In this document: positions 46,319 to 58,114 of the stretch, piece by piece
Layout: each line of letters opens with the position of its first letter
Position numbering within the stretch: the stretch's first letter is position 1
Assembly: GCA_013239625.1 (NCBI GenBank)
Contig: MU053873.1
Location: 2,804,524-2,868,523, forward strand
Source: Lama guanicoe
Lineage: Eukaryota
Direction: 5' to 3'
Length of the DNA: 64,000 nucleotides
The notes under the pieces: generated by a model
The model's input: only the letters and a program-made list of their open reading frames with translations
What the model was told of the DNA's origin: nothing
Databases searched by the model: none
Position numbers and translations under genes: made by a program

Positions 46319-49300
46319 CTGGGATGAAAAAGAAAAGAACCAGCATAAATGTTTACACCTGGAGAAGTCTTCAACTGGAAAAGCCCCAGGTCATTTAGTA
46401 AGGCCTTTGTTGGAAGGTGACACACTTCTCAACCCTGTACCTTCTTCCCCGCATTTTACCACCATCCTCATTTCCCGAAAGGCCAGGAGTGTTTAAGCTG
46501 CATCAAATACTGTGTGATAATGATAGTCGTTCCATCTATTTTGTGTCATCCTTAGGCGGGACTGTTATCCCTATTTTACAGATGGGGAAACTGAGGCTCA
46601 GAGAGGTCCTAAAACTCACCCTAGTTCACACAGCTAGGCAGGGACACAGACCCCATCTCATTTCAAAGCAAAGTCTACCCACTTTGCTAGTCTTTCCTAC
46701 TAGGAATGTAATGCTTATTCTCCTTAAAACTCTGCAGCTTTTATTAAAGAGAAATTTGGATTCAAAAGTATCTTAAAGATGGCAAAGGAACTTAAAACTG
46801 CACATCCTCCAGTTTACTCTCTCTTTTCACAGCACTTCATTCTCATTTAATCTCTCCTGCCCTTCTGACACAGGTTGGGCTTAAATCAAGCTGGAGAAGG
46901 AAGTGGGCTCCCTGGGGCCACACCCATGGCTGACACGGGGCACTTTCTGTCTGCTCGCTTGGGAGTCTACCTACTGGCCTCGTCCGCAGGGTTATGAAAG
47001 TGAAATGATGGACGGAATGAAGATAGAAGCCCTTTCTGGTCTCTGACTGTCTCCAGAACAGACAGAAGTGCTTTGCCTCCTATCTTGCTGATGCTTTGGG
47101 CCAGTGTCTAGCACTCTGAGTCTCCTAATAACCTAAAACGCGATCAGAGCCCAGCTGTCTCATTGCCTGAGTCTAAAAAACCCCAGCCGTGTTTCCCAGC
47201 TGAAACTCTTTGTCCATTCTGCTTTTTTAATCTGATGAGGACAGCCAGGTCTACGTTCTGCTACAAGTGTAATACATCCTCTCACCTCGCCGAGCAGGAC
47301 AATTCAGAAATTTCCTTTTGCACTGTACCTTCTCTCTTCTCTCTCAGGAATATGAGAAGGCAACTAACAAAACAGGAAAGCTGTACCCTCCCCTTTCACC
47401 GGGGACTAAATTTGCCCTGAAAACTCTTGCAACGTAGCAGAGAGATTAAGAACCCACACTGGGCAGGTCACTCCCTTCTCTAAGCCTTGGTTTGCTCATC
47501 TGTGAGATGGGGTGATGCTCTTCTTACTGGATGAAGGGGAACGAGTGGATTTAAAGCACTTAATGATCATATCATGGCGATGGTTTGGTGTGTGCCGGCT
47601 ATGACGCGTGACATCCCATCCCCACTGGCCAGCAGACCAAAGATGGGTCATCAGGAAAAGGTGTCTCAGGATAGAGAATTCCAATGACAAAGGTAAAGCC
47701 TGGACTCTCCTGATGCCATACATCTCAAGTGTTTTTTGTTATTTTTTTGTCCCCAGACATGCAGAGCTAAAACCGAAAGGGAAACCTTAGGCGCTCCTTA
47801 ACTGCCTACTTACATCTTCCCAGCTTAGGTTCAATAAAGAGAATCGCTTGACTATAATATTTAGTAAGTCAAAAACACACATGCTGAATATTCATGGACA
47901 TTTTTTATGTTTCTAGGAAAAATACAAGAGTGGGGAGGTTAGAAGCAAAAATTTTTTCCTTACATGTTCTCCATTTCTTTGCAGACTGGGGAGGAGAAAG
48001 GCTGGGCCCCAAAGGATGGAAACAGACCGCCACCCGCCACCCCCCACCCCAGTGGCTCCAGTTCAGCTGTTTCCTCTTGAGAAAAAGGGAAAGAAAATCT
48101 GGATGAAAGGTGTTTTGTTTGCAAGCCATCTCCCAAACAGAACCCCAGGATTCTTGAAATTCAGTGTGAAACTATCATCGGCGTGATTAACAAGCACTTT
48201 TACTAAAAGGGTTTCCCCCATCACTGAGCTAAAGCCCTAATTGGAACTTTGAAACTGAGTTTCCCAGGAGGACAGCTTTTTCTCAAACGTTCTAAGAGTG
48301 AGATGATGATAATTTAACAAACACCTGTTAAGTGTTAGGTCCCATCAGCCCTGCTTAAAGTGGAAGTCAGTCAAAATGAAGACCCAGAGGAGCGGGTAGA
48401 TGAGGAGGGAATCGCTCCATTGGACAATCATTCTGCTTACCCACTCCTCAGGGAAGCCTCATCTCTACAATGCCAGCCATGAACGCTCTCTCAACTGAGC
48501 TATAAACCAAAGGCAGCAAAAGATCCTGATGCCCTGAACTCCAGCTTTGGACCCTGCTCACAAGATCACAAACAGCACTGAGAGCTGAAGGAAGGACTTT
48601 TCGTACCTGTCACTTTATTTTCAGCCAAACTCTGCTGGCAGGTCCCTGTGTCCAGAGGTGGATTAACAAGCTCACAGCTGAATTGTGGCACTAAATTTAA
48701 ACCGTTACCTTTGCAAGGTGATTGGCAGTTTAACAAGCACTGGTTCAAACATCTGACCCTCAAAGCGTCCAAAGACGAGCCCCCAGCCCTCCAGCTGGGA
48801 TGGCATGAATTCTGCCCCCTCCACTCCCACCCCCACCCCTTATCTCGGAGACCACAGTAACTTCCTGCTTCCTTTACAGTTCCGTTCCATGTCTGTCCTC
48901 ATTAGGGATGGGGACATCTCATTGCAGCTCTGCACTTTAATAACATGCAACTCCAGCTCTTAAAAGTCAACCAGCTCTGGGGAACAGGGTCTGAATTCAT
49001 GGCCAATTTTTGGTGAGCAAATTCTATCAGGTATAACTTCTGATACAATGAACACCTTGGGGAACAGACTCATAGCTGTAACCTGATTAATCCAGTTCAC
49101 ATTAGCAGTCCAAGAGGCAGCCAGTGCTAAAGAGCTTCTGGTCGCTTTCAGGGTACCGTATGGCCAGGCCACCTGAGAAGCTTCCCCAAGGGGCAGGGCA
49201 GCTCTGGGTAAGGTGTGTGAGGCATGTGCGAAGCCCCCCAGGAGCCTGAGAGCTGCCCCGGGTCCAGCACTCCCCTGGGGGGAACCGGAGACCTTTTCTC

Positions 49301-49659
49301 ACTTTCTTGGCCAGCTTTTCCAGTATCCACCCACTCAGGAGAGTGGGGGAAAGAGGGAGGATACAGGATAGGTTAACACAGATGGTGACCACCAGGAGGT
49401 GGGGGTGGGGGATGGAAAGGAGAGTATTGACAGAAAAAGTGGGCGATTAGGGAAGGAGGCTTATGGTGATAACTAATGGGACAGTGGAGGGTCTCCACGC
49501 GAAACGGGAAGTGGGTGATAACAGGGATGGAGGAGGGGAGAGCAAGCAAGGGAAAGGACCTAAGAGGATGGCCACCGAGGAGGGTGATGGGGGTACAGGG
49601 TGTTAACACAGTGCAGAGGGTCGCGATGGGGCAAAAGGAGGAGAAGGGTGATGCCTGGG

Positions 49660-50300
49660 CCGGGATCACTGCCGAGGCGGCGGCGCTCAGCACGTAGGGA
49701 GCGCTGGGCAGCGGAGCCCCTCGGCCGGGCCGGGATGTGGGGCGCTGAGCATCCTCAGCGGCCGCGCCGCCGGGCGTGCGGACCGCGGGCCTGCAGCCGC
49801 CCGGTCCCCGCCTCCTCCCCCTTCCCGCGGGGCCTGCCCAGCCGCNNNNNNNNNNNNNNNNNNNNNNNNNNNNNNNNNNNNNNNNNNNNNNNNNNNNNNN
49901 NNNNNNNNNNNNNNNNNNNNNNNNNNNNNNNNNNNNNNNNNNNNNNNNNNNNNNNNNNNNNNNNNNNNNNNNNNNNNNNNNNNNNNNNNNNNNNNNNNNN
50001 NNNNNNNNNNNNNNNNNNNNNNNNNNNNNNNNNNNNNNNNNNNNNNNNNNNNNNNNNNNNNNNNNNNNNNNNNNNNNNNNNNNNNNGGGCGGGGCGGGGC
50101 CGGTGCGGGGCGGCCTGGGGGCGGGCTCGCGACCCTCAGCGCCCAGCGAGCGCGGGGTCACCAGGGGCCGGGATCGCGCCCCCCGCCGGCGTGGTTTCTG
50201 CGGGCGCGGCCGTGGCCCCGAGCAGGGAGACGCACCGCCCGCCCAGCCCGAGGGCGCGCGCAGGCGGGAGGGCGTTGGGTATTTCATTAAGTCCGGCGTG
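49660..50300. promoter_or_regulatory. ASPHD2: CpG island, probable ASPHD2 promoter / non-coding exon 1; GC boxes (GGGGCGGGG) at 50087-50111
   Basis: Very GC- and CpG-rich, 3.4 kb upstream of the ASPHD2 exon 2 acceptor. Confidence 0.8.
49846..50086. other. Assembly gap (241 N)
   Basis: Run of n characters. Confidence 1.
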
Positions 50301-50949
50301 CATTAATTCATTCGCTCCTGGCTCTCCCTCTGTGCCTGTCAGTTCCCCTCCCTTCGTCCCTCTCCCAGTCTCTGGCTCTCTGAGTCTCTCCCTCCTACAC
50401 TTCCTCCTTTCCTTCTCTTTCACTTTCCCTCCCTATTCTTTCCTCCTTCACTTCCTCTTGCCCGGACACCCTCCTTTCCTTTATGCATTGATTCATCGAA
50501 CACTTATAAGGCCTCTCGGGCGAGGAATGAAACCGCACATCAAACAGGATCCTTCGTCTCATGGAAGACTCACTCGTTCGATACAGATGATTACTGAGCA
50601 ACCTCTCTGGGGCTGGCCCTGTGCTCTGTGGCGAGCAGTTCAGACATGGCGCCTGCCCGCAGGGAGCCACCGTCTAGTCAGGAGTTGACGATGCCCAAGT
50701 CATCACAGGTACAGATCTACCATCACCGGCCAGGCAGAGTGGTACCAAGAGAAAGTACAGGACAGGATGAGAGTGTGACAAGGGGGCCATGCGGGGCTGG
50801 GGGCCCCAGGGAGGCCTCTCTGAGCACATGATGTTGGAACTAAGGCCTGTGGGAGACTAAGTTAATGTGGCGGTGAGTTAAGAGCTCCAGGGGAACTACG
50901 CATGAGGAGGGGGTTCTTGGAACATGACGTGGGATGGCCAGCCCACAAT

Positions 50950-51290
50950 CCCACAGTCCATCTGTTCTGTCCCAGAACCCACCTCTCCCTGTCCCTGAAT
51001 CCACCTTGCCTCTGTCCCAGAACCTTCCTCTCACCGCTGTCCCAGAATGCCCCTGGTCCTTGTCCTAGAACCCACCTCTACCATGTCCCAGAACCCATCT
51101 CTCCCTGTCCCAGGAACCACCTCACCTTTGTCCTGGAACCTGTCTCTACAATGTCCCAGAACCCTCCTCTCACCCCCGTTCCAGAATCTACCTGCTCTCT
51201 GTCCCAGAACCCACCTCTATTGTAGCTCAGAATCCACATCTACTGTGGCCCAGAATCTACCTTTACCATGTCCTAAAATCCACTTCATCC
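50950..51290. repeat. Degenerate minisatellite, about 14 units of ~22-25 bp, consensus ~TGTCCCAGAACCCACCTCT(C/A)NN
   Basis: Recurrent tgtcccagaac / tgtcctagaac / gttccagaatc cores at regular spacing. Confidence 0.85.
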
Positions 51291-52959
51291 CTGTCATCTC
51301 TCCCCTTTTCTTAAGACCAAAGGAGGAAGAACAGTTTTTTCTCTTTTATTCACGTAAAATAAACCAAAATGCATACATCGAGAAACCATACAATGTATCC
51401 TGATTTGCACCAAGTGTGGGTAAACGGACACAGGCATCAGACTTAGAAACAGTAAACAAGACGCATCTTTTCACTGCCAGCCTCAGAGTGGCTGACCTGG
51501 GTAGGGTGGAGAAGGTGGGAGGGCATTTGGTGTCTCTCCCTTGCAGAAAGTTGCTCAAATTTAGACTTTTCCAAAGACACTTATCTATTCAGTCACTGCG
51601 TGACACTGATGACAGTGGAAAAGAGCCTTCACGCAGTTGTAAATGTGTGTTCCATTACTGGACTACGTCATCTGTAGTACATTATGAATTAATATTGTCT
51701 ATAAATCTTATAATTACCTTTGACCAGTGCAGTTAGATGGCTCTGTACTTGTGGAGAGTATTTGTCTGTTCAGTGGCAATGTTACCATATACATGTTTTG
51801 CTAATCCTGCTTGCATTCCTTCCTCTGGGAGACCCTGGGAGGTGAATTCCCCGGGGAAAAGAGTATCTGGGCCTTCCAGAGGGGGCTTTTGGGTGAAAGC
51901 TCCAGATAAATTGTCGCTGCGCTAATGGAGGAGTTGAGATCCGGGCCAAGTGCACATAAATTGCCTGTCTTCAGCTTGGCTGCCACCCGCATCCTCCTCC
52001 TCTCCCTGTATTCTCTAGGGCAGCCGCTCCCGACCCACTCTGAGGCTGCACAAACTATCATTACGCCGTCTCCTACACTTGCGGGGTCCACCCAACTCCC
52101 TCCTCCAACAGCTGGAGTCACCAGGGGTCCAGAGAGGAAACATGCCTTGCTCCACCAAGGCCACAGCAAGTCAGCAGGGGACTGTGTAAATCCTCGAGAA
52201 CGTACTTGATGGGTGCATGAAAAAGACTGACACAGTCACTTCGTAGAGCAATTTGGCAGTATTTGTTAAAACAACAACAACAAATATGTATACCCTTAGA
52301 ACCAACAATTTCACTACTCTGTATCTAGCCTAGAGGAATTCTAAAGTAGATAAAGGAATAGTTATGTTTTTTGTGTTATATAATACTGTGCAGCTATTAA
52401 AAGGGAAGAGAGCTAGATATATTTATAACAATATGGATAAAGCTCCTGAATAAATAATAGAGCAAAAAAAGTAGAATTATACTTGCAGTGTAATTTCATC
52501 TCCATAATACACAAATACACAACACGAAACGTTCTTCTGTAGTTTCTGTGGATATATACACACACAGTTACGCAAAAGCAGGAGGTAAACGCTGGAAGAA
52601 TACTGTAGTGTGGTCCCCTTTTTAAAACCGAAGACGTTACAATGTTTATAATATAAAGAATATCCCTCGGAGGAAGCAACATCAGGGGAGGTCAGGAAGG
52701 AGTGAGAATTGGACACAGTGAACAAAAGGAATTCCAGCATCTTCTGTTACTGTTTTAATTTCACTTAATATTTTCAAAAGGATTTAAATGCTCCTGGAAC
52801 AAAAAGCAAAAAGGACTAATGAGCTGCTAGGACTATCCCTCTCCTCTGGCCCTTAACCACCGGGTTCCCATTCCTTGAGACAATCATTATCACCAATTTC
52901 TTATGCGTTTTTTTCTGGGAAAGTGCTGTGTGTTTGCAAACATACAGAAGTATTTTAAC

Positions 52960-53750
52960 TTTCAAAAAGGAAAAGACAAGGATGCTCGCTCTCACGAATC
53001 CTACACTACCTTGTACTTGGCCTTCTCACCAGTGCAATAAGGCAAGAAAAAGAAATAGGAGTTGGGTAAAAATAATAATTTGGAATAGTAATTGGAAAAC
53101 ACTATGCATAGTAGCAACGAAACAAAACTGTAAAGAATTTAGGGATGAATTTCACTAAAATGAGGAAGATGAAAAAAGGAAAATAAAAATACTGAAGGGC
53201 AGAGAATAAATTGTGAATAATGACCATGTATGCAAAACTTCATGGACACAAAGAGACAACATCATAAAAATGTCGGTCTCCCTAAATGACCTATACAATT
53301 TAACTCAATTTTTATGAAAATCCCAATTTTTTATGTGCAAAAAGATAAATTGATCATAAAATTTACAGAGGAAAGCAAAGGGCTAAGGAAGCTAAAGACA
53401 AAATGAAATTACCTAATGAAAAACGAACAAAGGATGTGAGCAGGCAAGTCACACAAGAGGAAACACCAATGGCCAGGAAACAACTGGGAAAGTGCCCTGC
53501 CCATCACTCCCCATGAAAATGCCAACTAAAACCACAATGAGATGCCATTTTGCTTTCATCATGTGAGCAAAAATTGAAAGGCCAGTTGTTGTTAAGTGTT
53601 GGCGAGGCTGTGGGCCAACAGGTGCTCTTGTGCACTGCTGGTGGAGTATAAATTTGCACAACCACTCTGGCCATCTTGAGCAGTTTGAAAGTGTGCACAC
53701 CCCACCCCCCAATCTTGCCACTCCGCTTCCTGGTATACGCTCCAGGGCAC
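52960..53750 (+). mobile_element. Highly degraded old LINE-1 fragments
   Basis: L1 ORF2-like motifs: cagtgcaataaggcaagaaaaagaaata, actaaaaccacaatgagatgccatt, gcactgctggtggagtataaattt. Confidence 0.65.
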
Positions 53751-54174
53751 CCCCTTTCAAACTGGGGGTTCCACTGATGGTGGTAGAACTGATAGAGTGA
53801 GTCATGACCACGATTTTAAAACCGTGAAATAGAATAAATTCCAGCCAAAATTATGAGAGTGTTTCTGAAAGTGTCCTAAGAGAACTGTGTGTTTGTGGGC
53901 ATGTGGGTGCTATTCTGGGTCCCAGCGTAAAATGCATTTCTGATAGTGGGTGGAGTCAGGAAAGTTTGATAGCCTTTGCCCTAGAGAAATTTTCAGAATG
54001 GGACATGGATAGGAGTGTACATTGCAACATTTTGTGAAAAATTGGAGGCCACAAACATTCCTCAAGAGGAAAATGCACAGATCAATTCACAGAAAGGAAG
54101 AGGATACAGCAGTTAAAGTGGTAGAGACAGAGCTAAATGTTTCAACATGGATCAGTCTCCAAAATGCAATGCTG

Positions 54175-54273
54175 TGGGGTAAAGTGCATACTTGGAATGC
54201 ATTGGTAGAGTGTATACTTAGCATGCACAAGGTCCTGAATTCAATCCCTAGTACCTCCATTAAAAAAAAAAAA
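54175..54273 (+). mobile_element. tRNA-derived SINE (camelid-type), 5' part degenerate
   Basis: tggtagagtgtatacttagcatgcacaaggtcctgaattcaatccctagtacctccattaaaaaaaaaaaa. Confidence 0.75.
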
Positions 54274-56296
54274 AGGTTGAGCTGGAAAAGGAAACTGCAG
54301 AATGGCGTGTATAGCATAGTACTAACAAAAAGTATGAACTCTTGCAAACAATACAATATACTGTTTAGGGAATACATATATATATACACACAATATATAT
54401 GTTACATATGCATGCATACATACATATATAGTCAGGAAAAATGTATATGTTAATGTATGTATGAATAGTAAAAATCTTGCATGGGGACAATTAATGCAAA
54501 TTCATTCTAGAGATTATTCCTGGGGAGGGGGAGGGGGAGAGGTGGGCTTTAACAATATTTTTAATATTTTATTCCTTTACAAAAACCGAAGCAACAAAGC
54601 AAAACATTTTGATTTGATGAAAGCAAGCGGCGGGTACATACATGCATGTCCGACCACTTCCTCTAAATGTTAGAAAGAGTACACAATTGTAAATTAGAAG
54701 AAGGCAGTTTGATTAGGTAAAATGACCTTTGTTTTTAAAGGTGGGAGTTGCAGGTTTCCGACAGGACTCGAGCTACTTGGAGATTTCCCAGAACAGCTGT
54801 TTGGACTGTGTTCCAACTGGGAGGTTCCCAGTGGCCCCTGTAGGGGCAACAGGAGAAAAGGGTCCAACAGAGTGGGTTTCGGAGCGGGGTGCACTTCTCT
54901 TAGTTACTTAGTTACTCTTTGTTACTTCCCCCTCAGCAGCCTGCTTTGCATTAGCTTTATGTACCCACCTTCTGTATTTGGGCAGTAAAAGATCCTAAGA
55001 ATAAAATGTTTGTTTAAAAAAAAAAAGTTTGGAAACCATTGTCCTACCCCTAATAAAAGCTGGGAAGCTTTGCTCTGGGCAGTGTCAGGATAAGTGTGAG
55101 TCAGAAATCCTAGGGAATGAGTTTGCAAATCTCTCCAAATGGCTTTATGACACTGGATGACACACTTTGGTTGGTTAGCATATACAGAGGAGTAATTCTA
55201 TCTGTCCAGAAAGCAGAGCCCCACTTCCGCGTTATCAGAGACTTAATGGGTTCCAAGAACAAATCTAAATCACCTTGAGCTGATCCAGAAAAGTGCTGCT
55301 AACATCTATTTAGCGTCTGAACAGACGGTGAACTTCCTGCTTACAGTGCAAATAGGTGGAACCAGACGTGAGCCCGCTGCTTGTGAAGCCCAGGGGAGCT
55401 TGCTTTATGCATCGGAGTCAGTGGATTAATTAGAACTTCTTTCCAAAGCCATCGCCTATTTCTGCCACTGTCTTCCCCTGGATCACCCTGCACTTGATCT
55501 GCTCCTCACCCTCATCTGGACCACTCTAGTCCTTCCAAATTCTCTAGAAGCTTTGGAATAGCTTTGACTAGTCATGGAAGGTAGGTTTGAGAACCTATCA
55601 GTCTTTGTGATGGCAAAACAGACCTTAGAAGCACGGCTGGGTTCATAAGATCTTTAAGTGAACCAACCCTCTACAAAACCTGGAATAAACAGACTTCAAC
55701 CCCTAAATGAACCAGACTGTGTTTTGACAACATGCTTCATTTCCCAACATGCTTCATTACCACCTCGAAGAGCCTTTCTTGGTGGTAACAGATGATGACC
55801 GTCTTCGCATCCAGTTGGGGTTGATATTAAACTTATTTAACAACCAGTACACCATGGCAGCGGCCATCAGGATGGATACAGGCTATAAAAAACCAGCACG
55901 GCCACATCAATGCATACTGACCCCCATCAGCCTCAGACCAAGTGACACAGAAATCTCATCTTCATGGAATTCCATTCAGGCTGCCTCTGAGCTCAGGAGC
56001 AACGGATCTTAAAGCTCCCAGCTAGAATGGAGATGCAATCCCCCATTCCAAACCCACTTCTTCTACATTTCCAATAAAGGGAAGGTGTACTGCTTGTCAG
56101 CTACTTCTAAGCTCTGAGAAGTCACCTGGGGAAGACTATTTATTCTATTTATTTGACACAGAATTGTTCGACGTATACTCTGTGCTATGCCCACTGAATA
56201 TACAGCGATGACTGAGTACTGGTGGCCTCTCCGTTCAATCCAGCACGAAGATACCTTCAGTGTGGTCTGCACAGGGCTTTTAAAAATTGTCAACCT

Positions 56297-57245
56297 TAAG
56301 GCAGAAGACCTAAATAGATATTTCTCCAAAGAAGACATCCAGAAGGCCAACAGGCACACGAAAACATGCTTAACATCGCTCATTGTGAGAGAAATGCAAA
56401 GCAAAACTGCAATGAGGTGTCACCTCGCACTGGTCAGAAGGGCCATCATTAAAAAGTTTACAAATAATAAATGTGGGAGAAGGTTTGGAGGAAAAGGAAC
56501 CCTCCTATGCTGTTGGTAGGAATGTGAATTGGTGCAGCCACCATGCAGGACAATATGCAGGTTCCTTAAAAAACTAAAAATAGAGCTACCATATGATCTA
56601 GCAATTCCACGCATGGGCATACATCTAGAGAAAACTCTAATTCTAAAAGATACATGCACCCCAATGTTCACAGCAGCACTATTCACAACAATCAAGACAT
56701 GGTAGCAACCTAAATGTACATCAACAGATGAATGGATAAAGATGTGCAATTATACATATATACATACATACATATATATACATATACACACACACAATGG
56801 AATACTATTCAGCCATAAAAAAGAAGGAAATAATGCCACTTGCATCAACATGGACCTCAAGATCATTATACTCAGTGAAGTAAGTCAGACAAAGACAAAC
56901 ATTGTATATCACTTATCCATGAAATCTAAAAATATGATACAAATGAACTTATTTACAAACAGAAATAAAATCACAGACATAGCAGACTTACAGCTACCAA
57001 AGGGGAAAGAGGGGAGTGTATATAAGGAATCTGGGATTAACAGATACACACTACTATGTATAAAATAAACAACAAGGCCCCACTGTAGAGCACAGGGAAC
57101 TATATTCAATACCTTGTAATAACCCTGTAATGGAAAAGAATCTGAAAAAGGAGATATATACCTATGAATAACTGAATCGCTTTCCTGTACACCTGAAACT
57201 AACACAACAATGTAAATCAACTACACTTCAACTTAAAAAAAATAT
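56297..57245 (+). mobile_element. 5'-truncated LINE-1 with 3' UTR and A-tail; internal (TA/CA) microsatellite at ~56750-56796
   Basis: ggcagaagacctaaatagatatttctccaaagaagacat ... aatcaactacacttcaacttaaaaaaaa. Confidence 0.93.
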
Positions 57246-57444
57246 CAAGTTCAAAAAATTAGGAGACACCACATACAAATCTGGATTTCCACCTTCTCTT
57301 GAAAAATGGGAACTTCTAGCCACCATGAGCCAGATTTCTGCAGAACAGCAAACGGGCTGGTAGGAGGTTGGCTGCCGTCTGCACCCCCTCCGTACTGCTC
57401 AATTCCAAGGATTGTCACTTGCCCCCAGCACTGACTCTGCACTC

Positions 57445-57463
57445 TGTGTGTGTGTGTGTGTGT
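57445..57463. repeat. (TG)n microsatellite
   Basis: tgtgtgtgtgtgtgtgtgt. Confidence 0.9.
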
Positions 57464-57986
57464 AGGAAGGAACTGTTTCTCTGCTTTCAGGTCTCTGTCA
57501 AAAGTGGGAAAACACAAGCCAGACCAAGAGAGCTGAATGATTTTTATTAGCCTTGGCCACTTCCCTTGTTTATGTTATCTGACATGTTCCGTAGGCACGT
57601 GAGTTTGTAGCTCCCCGAGCAGAATGACGCCAAAAAAAAAAAAAATCTGCCTCTGGGAAGTTGGAATGAGCCTTAAACTTGACCACCTCAGGACCTAGCA
57701 GCAGGCAGAGGGGAGGAAGGCTTACAAGTGTGAACCATCTGGGCAGGAAGCCCATGTGGCTGGGGGAGGGCAGGGGGAGCCTGGAGGGAGGGGAGTTCGG
57801 AGAGCAGGCTCAGGCCTTTTAAGCGCCGGGAAGGAGCTTGGGAGCTAAGTGGGCTGACATGGGTTCTGCTCGACACCCACAGAGACTCTTTGAATAACGC
57901 TTGTCTGTTGATAGTCCTTGTAGACAAGGAGTAGGTTAGGGTGGCAGCAACAGGAGGCGGAAGAGAGGTGGGCAAGGCTGGCTTTT

Positions 57987-58114
57987 TAAAGAAATTTTTG
58001 GAAGGAGGTAATTAGGTTTATTTATTTATTATTTTTAATAGAGTTACTGGATATCGAACTCAGGACTTTGAGCATGCAAGCATGCACTCTACCGCTGAGC
58101 TATCCCTTCCTCCC
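57987..58114 (-). mobile_element. tRNA-derived SINE (camelid-type, extended tail) with 14-bp TSD
   Basis: Flanks caaggctggctttt (57973) and caaggttggctttt (58115); reverse complement starts ggggaggaagggatagctcagcggtagagtgcatgcttgcatgc. Confidence 0.85.

Noticed and set aside
49373..50688. Long ORFs of 304, 362 and 176 aa
   Set aside because: Artefacts of reading through the N gap and GC-rich CpG island.
50950..51290. CRISPR-like array (conserved core with variable spacers)
   Set aside because: Mammalian DNA, degenerate repeats, spacers only ~10 nt and related to each other, and no cas genes. It is a minisatellite.
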